Shown piece after piece: positions 36,269 to 50,470 of a stretch of DNA of 64,000 nucleotides (its first letter is position 1; each line of letters starts with the position of its first letter). This stretch comes from Vicugna vicugna (lineage: Eukaryota): positions 62,001 through 126,000 of the forward strand of contig MU058444.1 of the NCBI GenBank assembly GCA_013265495.1. The letters are read 5' to 3'. A program made the position numbers and the translations under genes. Under the pieces are notes generated by a model. It had not been told where the DNA came from. It worked only from the letters and a program-made list of their open reading frames with translations, and searched no databases.

Positions 36269-38394
36269 ACCCAGGCTAATCCCTTCTGTGTATTTCACTC
36301 CTCAAGTAAAAGATGCGTGGAAAGGGAAATGTCTTTCCATTTTTTCATTAGGCACAGAACAATGATGCATAGTGATCCTGAAATTCAGTCTTCCCCAGAG
36401 TTGTAGTTCCCATTGGGAGCAAGTCTAGGGATGTTGGAGAAGAGATGTTGACATATTTATTCATGAACACACTTGGACTATTTTTTAGTATCTGTGTGTC
36501 ACTGGCACATAGTGTTTTTTTCCTCACACTTTTCATGCATTCACAAGATCTGGGTGCAGTTTGGCTGGCATTTCTGGGAAATGAGATTAACATGAAGGGT
36601 ATGTCTAAGCCACAGCTGATAATTCTTCTTTGACAGAGACAGGCATATTCTGGCCCAATGTTCAGAAACTGGATGTACAGAAAGATAGGAGATACAGTGA
36701 GACAGTGAAAAGGGTGAAAGATTACAAAACTCAGGGTAGGAATGATTTGACTTAGTAGGCTTGTGATTTGGGGCAATTTACTTAGCTTGTCTGAGCCTCA
36801 GTTTCCTCACCTGTAAAGTGGGGATGCTGTGGTTGCTGTTTCTTCTTCTGCTGTCTTCAGTCCACACAGAGAGGGGAGGGAAGGAGTCATTAGAAATTGT
36901 CTAGTAGTTGTGAGTGGGAGCTGGGAGGCTGTGCTTCTCAGGGGGCTGCTACTGGATGCTCCCTACTGGGCTGGGAGAAGCTGAGCAGAATTAGAGGAAA
37001 AGAACCCATGTGACCCGGGTGGCTGTGGGAAGGAGGTCAAGGAAACCAGAAGGTTAAGGAAGGGGTTGTTTTTTCTTAGCATCGAAAGGAAATCTGGGGA
37101 TGCAGGAACCGGAAGGAGTGTGATACAGAAAGGATGGAGAGATACATCTGAACACAATGAACTAAACTTCCCCGAGGTCTGACTCAACTCCTTTGTAAGG
37201 TCACTGAGAATTCCCCTTCTCTTCCCTCCCAAGTTCCCTCCACACCATAGAGAATCAAAACAAGAGACTATGACAGAGAGGCAGAGCACAGCCCATTGCT
37301 AAAAGCCACTCCCTGAGGGCTTGAGTTTCCCCAGTTCACTGGTTTCTGCTAAGACCCGTTATGATAATGACCAGAGAAGAGTGAGTTTATGGCTCCTTGA
37401 CAAATCCCTGAACACACCTCATCCCGCACATGAGGGGAGAGTATGTTTTCTTTCTCTTTGGAGAGGGTCCACTTTTTCTTTAGGAATTATTTCTTGTGAT
37501 AGAACACGATAGGAATGAATATTTCAGCAAAGTTAGGTGATTTTATTCACCCCCTTGTCTCCTCCCTCTTGGGAGATTATATTGACCAGCTGATACCAAA
37601 GATGCATCCATGATGAATAAGGGTCATTCCAAGCGTGGTGTCACTGGGTGCCCCACAGGTGACACAAAAGAATTGTCATCAAGAGAGTCTGGCCAGGGCA
37701 GGGGGCTGACTAACCCTACGTGGACTGCATTCTGTGACACTCAGTTCTCTGCCTTCCCCAAGTCCACTTCCTTTCACTCTCTCGGTGACAGGCTGGCAAG
37801 TACCAGCATATAATGAATGTGCCTTGTGAGTAAATGTCTTTTTAATATGTAGAACCTTGAAAGAAAATGCACTGGCTTGTTTGTTTTTTTTTTCCTTCAG
37901 TTCTTTTTCTGCTATGTTTATAAGTAACATGGGAGACAGAGTCCAGGATCTAGAAACCAATACAATTAAACTGAAAAGTATGCCTGAGTATATTACTGTA
38001 TATTCTGATGTTATGTGATTTTTTCCCTTTTTATTCTTAGAAAGTCATGACATTGAAGCTCTGTGAGAGTCCGCAGTCATTATTTTTTTTTTTTGTCTTG
38101 CTGTTTTAATGTCAGTAGATTTAGGAAATAAACACACTCATTCATTCAAATGAAGTTGCCATACCGTTGGGGATACAGAAAGAGGCAGACAGGGACCTGG
38201 CCTTTTAGGAGCTCAAACCCCCAGAAAACCCTTCCTTCACTGGCTTTCGCACCACCTCTAAAGAAAAGAAGGAGCAAAATACTTCTCTTTTGACTAGATG
38301 GCATATGTATATATGACTCATTATACTTAACGATTCCTTTAAATGAATTAGGAGGAAATTCCTAGAGTATTTTGTAGATTACTCAAAAAATAGT

Positions 38395-38945
38395 TGTGAT
38401 AGGTTGCAAAAATAGCTGCAAATTGTTTCATCCCTGTGTGCATGCCCTTCTGCAATATGAATTTATGGTCTTCCCGTCCAGAAGTTAATTCTGTTTCTCC
38501 GCCCAGGAAATCTGGACTTGGCCACGTATATTTGTGCTTGGCCCACAGGACATTTAACAGATGTGCTGTAAGCAGAGACTTGAAAAATGCTTGTGTACTT
38601 GTGCTTGCCGTCTTGCTGCACTCGGAGCCCCGATCCAACCATGTGGATGAGCTTGAGCGAGGCTGCTGGACGAAGAGGGGCACGTGGTCATGTCCGTGTC
38701 ACTCCAGCTGACATCTGTCAACCGCCAGAGATGGGACCGAGGCTGTCCTAGACCGTACGACTCCAGCGCACTGTGGGTGTGTGAGTGAGCCAGCGCTCAC
38801 CAGCTGAGCAGACCCAGACCGGAGCTACCCATTGGAGAGTTCGTGTTGAATTCCTTCCAACCCACAGAATTGTGGAAAACAAATGTTTGTTGTTTTAAGT
38901 CACCCTATTTGGGGGTGCTGTTAGGCCATAAAAGCCACTGATACA
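38395..38945 (+). mobile_element. MaLR solo LTR (MLT1-type)
   Basis: TG...CA ends, 5-bp TSD ATAGT on both sides, MLT1 3' motif TTGTTGTTTTAAGTCAC. Confidence 0.85.
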
Positions 38946-40676
38946 ATAGTATTTCTTAATCTCTTAACACTTTAAAAATTGAATTTAACCTACTGTCACC
39001 ACAGGATTAGGATGAGCTCAGAAAGTTAAAAATATAGTCTCATAATGTAACATTTCTTAAGCCTGCCTGTCAGTTCTACTGCGGAATTAAACAATTGGTA
39101 GAGATCTTTCTTTAAAAATCACTTCATTGAGGTATGATCGGTGACGCCTCGTTGCTTACAGGTTTGTTTTTTTTTAACTCTAGAAAGTGCCTATTTATTT
39201 TCAGGGTTTTTTCCCTCAAAAAGGTAAATCTCTAATATTTTGGACTGAGAAAAATGATGAGTTTTGGGGCTATTTTAAAGATTTCTTCTTATTTTCAGAC
39301 ATTTAAAACACTTACTGGGTGCCACGTGGCAGTCGACAGGCCCATAGAAGATGGTGGTGCAATTTGACAGCTGTATGAGCCCTGGAATTAGGATGTATGG
39401 ACTGTATGGTTATGTGTTGGTGGTTGATGGATACACGGGACAGCTCTTGTGCCCTGTCTGGCATCAGCAACCAGATGTGTAGGTATAATATGGGACCTGG
39501 ACGCAGCTGTACTGTGTATCTCTGGCTGGTGGTTACCTTTCTGCTCTTGCTGTGTGGGAGGTCTCCAAAGACTCACTGAGACATTGTGGCAGAGGTTCAA
39601 CGAAGCACAGGAGGGTGGTGCTCCACGGGGCTGTCTTTGACCACTGAGCGATGGGAGCCAGCATACAGCATGAATAAAAAGACTTTAATTACTTGACTTC
39701 TTTCATCCTCAGTCTCCTGCTCTGTCAAGTGTAGAGAAAAGTATTTACCTAATAATAAATACACTCAGTGTAATGAGGTTTAAATAAGATAAGCTATGTA
39801 CAAGTCTATCAAATACTAGATGCTCAATAAATATGCATTTTCCTCTCTGTTCTGACATTTATAAAAGTGTGATAGTCAGTGTTATTATTTTTGTTAGCTT
39901 TTTTTTAACTATTAGACTTTAAAAATAATTTAAAGAAAATAATCTTTTAATCTTAAAACTTTGGAAAATTGGATTACTACCAACCAGTGACCAATAACCA
40001 TAGGCAAGAAACACAGTTGAAATAGTGTCTTCTGTGTCGTCAGGAAAACCTAGATTCTAGTTCTGGTCCCAACTATGAATGTCTGTATCACTTTGGACAG
40101 TTTGTGGCAATTCGCACAACATTGAATGAGGAAATAGGCTTGTCTCAACTCCTAGCAACTGTTGACAGGAGGGCAGGAACCAAGAGGAAGAAAAATGTTT
40201 ACTAGTAGCACAGTCAACAGGGAATTTATTTCTTTTACTTCAAGAAGGAAGTGATTCTAACAACCAAAATAGGTTTGAAGCCACACACACGCACATACAG
40301 TCACAGCAGGCAACGTGATGTTCTGCAGGAGGGACATCATGACGCCAGATCCCACAAGTGCACTGACAGGGCTCAGCAGTTCCCTGCCAGGGATGGGCGG
40401 AGCCTTTCTTCCTGATCAGCTGATACAAACTCAGTCTTAAAAGAATTTTGGGGAACAAGCCAAGAAGCAAAGCTTACCCCCCGAAATTAGTCCGAAAAAT
40501 CCCGAAGCAAGAAACGTATCTAAATGGTTGAGTGGTGTAAGCGTATTGTGACTCAATTTATCAACTGTCAATTTATTAATTCAATCATTTTGAATTGAAT
40601 TAATAAACGAAGTCAAATTTTTTTTTTCTGACAAAATGTCTGATTTGGTGATTTGGTGTGACAACCACCGGCTCTC

Positions 40677-41045
40677 TGTCTTAGTTTACCAGGGCTGCCG
40701 TGACAGAGAACCAGACTCGATGGCCTAAACAGCAGAAATTAATTTCTTACAGTTCTGGAGGCTGGAAGTCCAAGATCAAGGTGTCACTAGGTTTAGTTCC
40801 TTCTGAGGCCTCTCTCCTTGGGTTGCAGACGGCCACCTTCTCACTGTCTCTTCACGTGGTCTTCTCTCTGTGCGTGCACATCACTGGTGACTCTTTGGTG
40901 CCCAGATTTCCTCTTATAAGGACACCAGTCAGGTTGGATTGGGGCCCAGCCTAACAGCCTCATTTTCACTTAATCACATCTGACTCACTGAGGATTTGGG
41001 CTTCAGCATACAGATTTTGAGGGGAACACAGTTCAGTCCATAACA
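40677..41045 (-). mobile_element. MaLR solo LTR (MLT1A/B-type)
   Basis: CAGTTCTGGAGGCTGGAAGTCCAAGATCAAGGTG motif, TG...CA ends, TSD CTCTC/CTCTG. Confidence 0.88.
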
Positions 41046-41759
41046 CTCTGCATATATTGAGTGAGCTAAATCAACACCTCCAAGAATTTTGTGAAAATAA
41101 GATTGTGATAAGAAAACAGCATTTGATAAAAAATTTGTATTGGAAAAATATGCTGAATTATTTTAAATCTTCCAGTTCATTCTGTGTATATTGAGTGACA
41201 TTAGGTGCCTCAAAGAGAAGACCAGATACAATAGTTATTTGATGGATGTCGGTCAGACTGGTTTTTTTTTTTTCTCTTTGTCTGTCAATTGGACAAAAAG
41301 GGATTAAAGTTTCCAGTTATTATTGTGTAATTGTCTCTGTCTCCCTTTGGTTTTGTCAGTTTCCACGTCATATATTTTGAAGCTGTAATATTAGAGGCAT
41401 ACATATTTAGGATTATGTCTTCCTGATGGATTGATTCCTTTATCATTATGAAATGCCTCTTTGTTTTGAAGTCTGCTTTGACTGATTTTGATATGACCAC
41501 ACCAGCTTTCTTACACTTACTGTTTGCATGATGCATCTTTTCCCTTCAATGTGTTTGTGTCTTTATATTCAAATTGCATCCTTCATAAACAGTATTATCA
41601 TTCAGTCTTGCTTTTTAAATTCAGTCTGCCCTTTAATGGGGTATGTGCATGGTCCGTTGACATTTTGCATAGTTGTTGATATGGTTGGATTAAAGGCTGC
41701 CAATTTGTTTTGTTTTCTGTTTGTCACATGTGGTTTTTGTTCCTCTGTTTTACCCCTTT

Positions 41760-42342
41760 TGTTACCAAACCAGGTTCGTTTTACCCAACGCACAGCAAAC
41801 CAAAATGCTGAGACATTGCGATTTGCAGCAGAAAGGGTTTATTCACAAGGCAGCCACGCGAGGAGATGGGAGAACAAGTCTCAGATCTGCCTCCCTGAAG
41901 GCAGGGGCTCAGGGGATTTATGGAATAAAGAATAAAGAAGCAGGGCAGTTGAGGTGTAGGATGCGTGGGGAACACGGAGAAAGGTTATTGGAAAAGGTGC
42001 AGGAATGGTCCTTCTGCACAAGTACGCTTAACTACAGGCTGGTGCACGTTCAAAAATGGAAGTGCTTCGCACTGTCTGAGGGTGGCGTTTTCAGCCCTGT
42101 GGTGTCAAAAGGTCACCAAGCAGACACTCACACATGCCCAACTGGAGGGTCAGTGGTCCTATCCAGTTTCTTAACCAGCTCAGCTCAAACTAGACACAGC
42201 TGACTCCAAGTTCCCAGAAAACAACTTAGGCAAACAAATTATAGTTTAGGCTACACTTTGCTTGGAGGACATGCAAGTCTTAAAATGACCTTGAGTAGTG
42301 AAGGCAGATGAAATGAATTTGACTACTAATTACCCAGTTTCA
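41760..42342 (-). mobile_element. ERV1-class solo LTR (583 bp)
   Basis: TG...CA ends, 4-bp TSD CTTT (41756-41759, 42343-42346), minus-strand AATAAA at 41838-41843. Confidence 0.88.
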
Positions 42343-42824
42343 CTTTCCCACTTTCTTCTTGTTGATTTGAATATTTTAGCATTCTTTTACATTTTTTCTT
42401 CTATCTTTTAAAAAAATCATAGTTCATGTTAAATTAACATTGTGGCACTTGGAAACTGGAAGAAATTCACAACAGTGTAATTTTTTTTACTCCATCTTTA
42501 TCCTAATGTCGTCATATATTTTACTCCTATGAACTTTATAAACTCTGTACACTACAACGTTAACTACTTTGGCTTTAAGGAAACTTAGAGGAAAAAATAG
42601 CCTTTTTAACATATCCACATATTTCCTAATTTCTATGCTTTTCATTCCTTCCTGTAAATCTGAAATTTCATTTGGTTTCACTTTTCTTTTGGCCTGAAGA
42701 GTTGCTTTAGCATTTCTTATAGTGTAGGTCTGTTGACCACAAATTCTTTCAGATTTCATTTATCAGAATATGTCTTTATTTGGTAATTTTGCTGGGTTTA
42801 GGAATTTGTGTTGATAGTGGTGGG

Positions 42825-42983
42825 GTTTTTTTTTAACATTTTTTTATTGATTTATAATCATTTTACAGTGTTGTGTCAAATTCCAGTGTTCAGCACAATT
42901 TTTCAGTCATTCATGGACATATACACACTCATTGTCACATTTTTTTCTCTGTGATTTATCATAACATTTTGTGTATATTTCCC
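42825..42983 (-). mobile_element. Short young LINE-1 3' end
   Basis: 18-bp perfect direct repeat TGTGTTGATAGTGGTGGG (42807-42824, 42984-43001) and a T-tract. Confidence 0.85.
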
Positions 42984-43464
42984 TGTGTTGATAGTGGTGG
43001 GTTTTTTGTTTGTTTGTTTCCCCTTTTTTCTTGCAGCTCTTGAACTCTTCATCTTCTGACTTCCTGTCACCATTGTTTTGGCTGAGAAGTCATTTTGAAT
43101 TTGTATTATAGCTCCTCTGTATATAATGCATCTTTTTCTCTGGCTTCTGTTAAGACTTCTCTCATCATTTTTGGATTTTGCTGTATTTTGATGATGATAC
43201 ATCTTGTTGTATTTTTCTTAGTGTTTATCCTGCATGGGCTTCACTGAGCTTCTTGGATCTATAAATTGACTTGTTAAAAGATCCGAATTTGGAAAGATTT
43301 CCTTCATTTTTCCTTCAAACATTTTTTTCTTTCTCTGTTCTTTTTCTCCTTTCAATCTGATACTCACATTACACATGTTTGGATCTTTGATATTGCCCTG
43401 TAGGTCACCAAGTCTATTCATTAACATTTTTCCTTTTGTTCTTCAAATTGGATGATTTGTTTTG

Positions 43465-43772
43465 TTGTTTGTTTTGGGTTTTTTTGAAGTTACAATGTGT
43501 CAATTTCTGGTGTACAAGCACAATGTCCCAGTCATGCATATACATTTATATATTTGTTTTCATATTCTTTTTCATTAAAGGTTATTATAAGATGTTGAAT
43601 ATAGTTCCCTGTGTTATACAGAAGAAATTTGTTTATCTCTTTTTATATATAGTGGTTAACATTGGCAAATCTCAAACTCCCATATTTATCCCTTCCCACC
43701 CCCTTTCCCCTGGTAACCATAAGATTGTTTACTATGTCTGCGAGTCTGTTTCTGTTTTGTAGATGAGTTCAC
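43465..43772 (-). mobile_element. 5'-truncated lineage-specific LINE-1 3' UTR
   Basis: Similar to 35718-36196. TSD TGGATGATTT(G/A)TTTTG. Confidence 0.88.
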
Positions 43773-44049
43773 TGGATGATTTATTTTGATTTGTCTTCAA
43801 GCTCACTGACTTTTTCTTGTGCAGTCTCTGGCCTGCTATTCAGTCTGTCTCAGGAGTATTTTATTTTGGGGGATGTAATTTTCAGTTACAAAATTTCCAC
43901 TTGGTTATTTTTTATAATTTCGTTTCTTTGCCGAGATTTCCTACCTGTTTACTGTGTTTATCTTTTCTGTTAAGTGTTAAGTCTTTAAACATATTTATAA
44001 TGACTAATTTTATATCCTTATCTGCCATTTCTAATACTCAGGTCACCTT

Positions 44050-44222
44050 TGTGTCTATAAACAAAACTGTATAGGAACACAACCAACTCACTATTTGCAG
44101 GTTGTCTGTGGCTGTTTTCAGGCTATGCTGACAGTATTGAGAGGTTGGGAAACAGATGATATGACCTACAAGCCTGAAATATTTACTTTTTGGGCTTGTG
44201 AAACATTTTTTCCAACCTCTGC
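44050..44222. mobile_element. MER58-like hAT-Charlie fragment
   Basis: GGAACACAACCA...TTGTCTGTGGCTG...AAGCCTGAAATATTTACT motif. Confidence 0.7.
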
Positions 44223-47200
44223 TGTAGAGATGACTCCACGCATGAGGGCATAATACTTCCTATTACCACATGGCCTTCCTGCCCTCTCAGGAGGTGCTCG
44301 GAGGGCCTGGTGAGGTCTCCCCCCCCGGGCTGGGCAGGACTTCCAGAGCCTTCCAGCACTGAGCTGTTCCCGGTGCCTCCACTCAGCACTCAACCCCGCA
44401 GCATCCTCTCTCCGTGGGGCCTTGCAGAGTTTTGTTCTGATCTGTGCACCCGTGCCCTCAGCCAAGGATCTGCTGGGAACTCCCACGCAGACTTCTAGGA
44501 ACTTGTCTTTGTGGTGCCCCGCACATTCCAGACCTTCAGCAGCCCTGAACTTCAGTCCCTGCCGCTTCTGTTCACGAAGACTGCTGTGCCCTGCTTGGGC
44601 GCCACTCCTCGGCTCCTGTGGTTTGAAAGGTTTATCTCGGCAAAGAACCAGGGTAAATGTGCTGCTCACTATGTGGACTTCCCTTCTCTCCAGGATCTCA
44701 GTCCTGGGCTGCCTGGGGTCCCGTGTCTGAAAATAATTACCTTCTTTATTTGTCATTTGTTGTAGCTGATGGCTGGAGGACAAGTCTGATACTGGTTACT
44801 CTGAAGGTGGCAAAATGCAGAAGTTTCTCCCTATTCCTTTTTTGATTCTTGAATTTTTATCATATACAGTTATGACTTAAGTGTCTAAGAAGCCCTGCAT
44901 ATCAGTAAGGAAAGCCACATTCAGGCATGAAATGATGTAAAGACTTTTTCTTTGTTGCTAATTGAGCTACCCCTCTGTCCTTTTACCTTGCCACTGGAGA
45001 CATCTTCCATTTACATTAATTTTGTTTTTTGGGAAAAAAAAGATTTTATGATTACCATGCTCTTCTACAGTCACAGAAGATATTGATACCCATTAAAGCA
45101 TGATATATTTATTTTATCCTTTTAAAACTGCAGCTCCTATAAACTAACTCAAAGCTAATAACACTATTTTCCTATGCTAAAAAGTGTTTTCCGACTGGAA
45201 AAAAGGATCTTGAAACTGTCTGGAGATATCACATATATTTAGTTTTAATTTTATTGCTGTATCCTCTTGTCAGAATATGTTAGATGGGGTGTTTCTGCTA
45301 ATGGTCCCTGAATTTAAACTTCCAGAAATTGGAGGCAGGATATACCTATAGAAGGCAATATATTGTACTGATTGGTCAAAAGTCCCAACTTGTGTGACTA
45401 AATTTCTGTGGCACAGAGAAGCTCTAAAATAGTGGATTAATTTGGGCTGTTTTCTCAAAATTTTAGCAATTTTGCATCTTATCTCAATTTTAGAATTTAT
45501 ATTATTGCACCCGGATATCTTGGTTTTAAATTACTACTTGCTTTTAAATTACTAAGTACCTCTTGGATGTCAAATAGATAGGTATCAATTTGAATTTTTG
45601 CAATTAGAGCCCATAGGCACAGTGATAAATAACTGCCCAGAAGAGGTAGCAGAAATTCTGAGATGTGTATAAATCATGTCATAAGGGAAACTGCAGAAGG
45701 AGTTAAGGCTTGTGATGGAGGTGTTGAGTGTGAATTTCTCAGTGTACTTAAGGGTTGTTTTAAGCACAGAAAAGACTTTTCAGACATTTGAACTTTAAAA
45801 GTTAATAATAAATTTACTATAGTTACAGATTCAAAATTATATTTTTCCTTAAGCTTTAAAGTTCAGTTTATAGATCTTTACTTATAAACCAAGCAAAGTT
45901 TTGCAGTCACTTATAAGCATCTTTGACTAATATTTGGTTCAATTTTTGGACTTGTTAATTAAACATCTTCAGCCATTTTACACTGAATTTACATATTTAA
46001 TGTATTTCAGTTATTTATCTTTAAAAATTTGTTTGCCTAATAAACCTTCCCAAGTGTTTAAATAATTCTTATAAATCCAACACGTTAAACTGAAATGTAG
46101 CAAACTTAAAATTCTCTTAAAGTGCTGCTTCCCAAATTTAAAAGATTTCAATCCCAAATAATGTCTATATTGAGTACTCAATTAAGCATTTAAATTCTAA
46201 TTAGAAGATTGACACTCTGATGGACTCAATTCTCCTAAATGTTCCTAATACAGAAAGTACTAAATGTGCACACGTTCCCTGGTCTCGTAGAGCAACGTAT
46301 GGCTGTGATTATCTGAAATATTTCTGTGCTTGATTCTGAATCTTCCTGGAGTTGAAAGTCGCTTCTCCCTAATGGAAACCACTTCATTGTCCCAGGCGGT
46401 TTTATCCCAGTCACAGCTTGCCTCAGGTTCCATAATAACTGGAAATCTCAGCCAGAGGGCTGACTGTGTTCTTTTTGGAGAGCTTGATGGGACACACTAA
46501 ACCGGATTCTTGCAACTTTGTCACGGACCATGATTTCCAGAGCCAAGTGTTCCCTAAGCCCTCGAACCTCTAATCCTCTCTGCAGGGACGTCTGCCTTCC
46601 CTCCTTCCTTAACTCTTAAGGTTTGTAAATAAATATCTCTTACATACAACTCTGTAACACTTCAAGCTTTATGGAATCTCACAGAGCTGTTGTGCATATT
46701 AAAATGATATTGAATTGAATTTTAGAACGCTCTCCTGGCTTGGTAGACTAGTTGGTCACAGCTTCCAGAGTTGTGGTCCCGGGAAACCTGTCGGGGATCC
46801 CTGCGTGACACTGCCCCAGAGGACTTCCACGGACCCTTGTAACCACTGATACAATGACTGTGATCCTCACAGGACAGTTGCACTTACTTATTGGAACCAG
46901 GTGTGAGCAGGTGCTTCGTTTTGCCTACAAAACAGGTGATTTTCAAGAGATACAGCTGTTCAGGTTTAGTTTTCAGGCCTGGGTTTACTGTGCTCAGTGA
47001 TGCTGTTCCTCCTCTCCCTCCTCCACCACCACCCAGCCTCATGCCTCCCCTTTATTCCATAACACACAGTAAATGAGGGCCTGCTTTCAGCTGGGAATGG
47101 TTCTGGAAATAAAAAGACAGGATAGAGCTTAAACCACTAAATACTAATAATGCTATAAAACTTCAAGAAGTTGAGATGCAACTTGCATATAGTAAAATGC

Positions 47201-47515
47201 ATACCTCTTTGAGCATCAGCTCAATGAATTACGAATAACTTAGGGGTTTTCGTAAGTAGGCCCTTCAGACTGACAGTTCACACCAAGGTCCATTTGTTTT
47301 ATTTGGCATATTTTGCGTACTGGTAAAATTTCAGTTATCCCCCAGGAGCACAATATCCTAAATGAAATGAATGGACTTGGCTTGCGCTGTCAGTTTGAAG
47401 GCCATTACTCAGATGCCTGTGCCTCGTTGGTTTGGAGCAGGATCAGTCTATCACGGCCTGTAGAACAGTGCGGACTATTTCTTGGTGGCCTAAGAGCTAA
47501 GAATGGCTTTTATAT

Positions 47516-47658
47516 ATATTTTATTTTATTTTATTATTTAAAAAAATTTTGGGGGGGAATTAGGTTTATTTATTTAATTATAGAGGCGGTACTGGGGATT
47601 GAACCCGGGACCCTATGCATGCTAAGCACATGGTCTATCACAGCTATATCCTCCCCCC
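47516..47658 (-). mobile_element. vic-1-type SINE inserted in a MER58-like element (~47437-47785)
   Basis: SINE head and tail on minus. TSD GGCTTTTATAT (47505-47515, 47661-47671). Flank GAGCTAAGAATGG is MER58-like. Confidence 0.88.
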
Positions 47659-48959
47659 AAGGCTTTTATATTTTTAGAGGATTTGAGACAACATAGAAGA
47701 AGAAGGAGGAGAAGAGAAGAAACAGACTATATGTGAATTGCAGAATTTAAGGTATTTACAGCCTGACAGCCGTAGAGGAAGGAAGGTTAGCAGGGAGCCA
47801 GGGAGAGGGCCACCTTCCCTTGCTCTCTGGCCCCCAAAGCCAGATGTGTCAGCAGGTTCCGTCTGACTGGCATGACCATGCTGCTCAGAAAAGGGTTTAA
47901 ATAATTTTTACTAGCTTATGTCAGCTCCACCTAATGAAGTTCAGGACAAGGAGGAGTTTGCTGAAACCCTGTGCCGGAACCAGCAATTCAGGACACTCAG
48001 AGGTCGTTGACCTCAGTCCTGAAAGGAACTCTTTTTTTTTTTTTTTTTTTTTTTATGGCCATGTTTAGCTATTTTCACAGCTGTAGGTGCGTTTTGAAGA
48101 CTTCACCGTGGACGCTGTCACCGTCTCTGGCTGGAGTGTCCCCGGGACCTTTGCAGCAGATGGGGGAGGGGCAAAAGCAGGGAGAAGATGCCAGGGGCTG
48201 TGAGTTAGCAATTCCCAACCTTGTACCCTACCCGTCCTTCCCCAGATAATCCACGTGCCTTCCTCAAGACTGCCCCAGTGTGTCCTGTGCCTCAGCGCTC
48301 AGTGCCCTCCTCTCCAGGACAGGAGGGGCTGGGCTCTGCCTCACATCAGGCAGCCGGGTCAGCGTTCGATCTGCTTACTGGGCGGGAGCAGCTTGGGAGT
48401 TTCTAGTGTTGATGTTAGCATCGTTGCTGTGGTGTGGGTTGGTCTGGGTGGTTGGAATGGACTATGGCTGTCGGCACATAGAGAGGCTAGAAATAACTCG
48501 GAGGGTGTTTGAGCCTTAATAAAACGGGTGGGTCTCGGGGGAGAGTTTTTCCCGGAAAGGAAAATAGTGTGCAAGACAGGAAATTTGTGCGAAAGCCAAG
48601 TTACACAGACTGAACAAAGGGGCCTGGGGTGAGAGACAGATTGCCATCTGTGAGGCTCCGGGCTCAGTGGGGTGCGCTGCATACCAGGCTTGGGGCAGGA
48701 GCTGTGTGCGGTGGGGTTGATAAGGCCCAGGATCCACAGCGCTGTTATTGTGAATATTATTATTAAGACGAATATTTGATGAAAACTTGACATTTTATTG
48801 AGCAGCTGCTATGTGACAGACACCTTATAAACAAGATCCCTGCTCCTTACTGCAACTCTGTTGACCTCTGCCCTGTTTTACAGAGCAGACAACTGTAGGT
48901 CAATGAAGTGAAGTGATTAACGCCGGCAACTTACAGGGTTGTAGGTCAATTAAACTTCA

Positions 48960-49375
48960 AAAACAAAGACTTATGGAAAGAAAAGATCAGATTTGTGGTT
49001 ATGAGAGGCGGGGCCTGGGCAGAGGGAACTGGAGGAAGGTGGTCCAAAGCTACAAAGTCCCAGTTACAACATAAATGAGCACTGGGAATGTAACGTACAG
49101 TATGATACCTACAAATACTGGCACCAGGAATTCCCCCAAAGTAAGAAAGATTACTTTCCTGTGGTGCTTTCATATATTGCTGTATGTTGTAGATGAAAGT
49201 TAAGAGAGTAAGTTTTTTTTGTGTTTCTTTGATTTTGTGTCTGTCTGAGATGATGGATGTTCACTAACCTTATTGTGATCATCATCTCATGCTGTGTGTA
49301 AGTCAGATCGTGATGCGGTTCAGCTTAAACGTATACGGTGCTCTATGTCAAATGCTGTCTAAGAAAGCTAGAAGA
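48960..49375 (+). mobile_element. LINE-1 3' UTR fragment (L1MA-type)
   Basis: GGAAGGTGGTCCAAAGCTACAAAGTCCCAGTTAC...GAGATGATGGATGTTCACTAA. An antisense relative lies at ~54460-54900. Confidence 0.7.
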
Positions 49376-50470
49376 AGAGATAGGGGGTGGGCGTCTGGGA
49401 TGAAGCACCAGTAACCCTTTCCTTTCCTGCTTTTAGAATCTGTAGTAGAAAAGCACCTACTACAGTTTCAAGCCTCAAGTACCAGGTCAGATGCTGTCTG
49501 CTGACTTCTTTGCATCTTTGACTAGACTTTTCTGTCGGATGCTTTACTTGTCATTTTGACCTCTTTACGCGTGCCCACAAATTTCTTGCTGGGGTGATTA
49601 TGTCCCCTCTAGACAGAGTCAGACTGGGTCATTTTTAATGATTTAATGTATCGCCCATTTCCAGAATAATGCAGCATTAAGAAAATTCCCATAAAGTTTT
49701 CCAGATTAAGTAGGAGCAAAAGATGAAGACAATTCTTGCCACAGATGCCAGTGGGTGACATTGCACAAGCTTCTGAACATAAGTTTTCTTGTTTCTGAAG
49801 CTGGCATTTAATTAATGCAGTAGTTTCGTGACTGTTTTGGTGTTGTCGCAGTTCGGGGCCAAGGTTGAACTTCCTAACTGCTTCATGGAGGGGATTAAAA
49901 ATAAAATGTAGAGAAAAAAGATATACCCTCTTTCACTCTGCCCATGGTATATTTATAAACCAACCAAAAAAGAAGTAATCTGATTAAAGTAACTATATAA
50001 ATATGGAGCTCTGTAAGTAAGTAGATGTGATTAGCAAGAACACTGCAGAAACACTGATGGGTTCGCTCCCGCAGTCACTTGGACCCGGGCATTGCAGACA
50101 AGCCAGTAATTCTCAGCCCTGGCTGCATTTCCTGAAGCTCTCTCCAACTAATCTTTCTTACTTTGGGAGAACGCCTGGCGCCAAGGCCCGCTTTTTGCTT
50201 TATTCTTTGTCAGTCATTTTAAGCTCACTTGCCTGGCCCTTCACTGAGCATCCAGTGTTGGGATAGGTGATGAATGAATGGATGGGGGAACTGAATATTT
50301 AATGTTGACCTGTTCTACCCTATTTGTTGGGCCTGAAGCACAAAACATGAAGACCTGTTAGCTGTGCAGCCTGTCCGTAATGGCTGAGGCAGTGACTTCC
50401 TGGGGTGCCAGGGGGTCCTGTCAGCCAGTATCCTCTGTACATCAGATTATCACCTTTCAGACTGAAAGTG

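Larger units (their letters stand above)
41283..44760 (-). mobile_element. Old LINE-1 5' half (5' UTR, ORF1, ORF2 endonuclease start), interrupted by an LTR, two young L1s and MER58
   Basis: ORF 41285-41536 (HANSKCKKAGVVI...HFIMIKESIHQEDI...TIITGNFNPFLS) is L1 endonuclease-like. ORF1-like fragments at 42487-43427. Confidence 0.8.

Noticed and set aside
44166..44783. Longest ORF in the window (205 aa, minus strand)
   Set aside because: Lies in decayed L1 5' region and MER58 sequence; no domain similarity recognised.
46805..47881. Isolated RTGACnnnGC cores at 46805 and 47872
   Set aside because: The minimal core is expected several times by chance in 64 kb; no supporting context.
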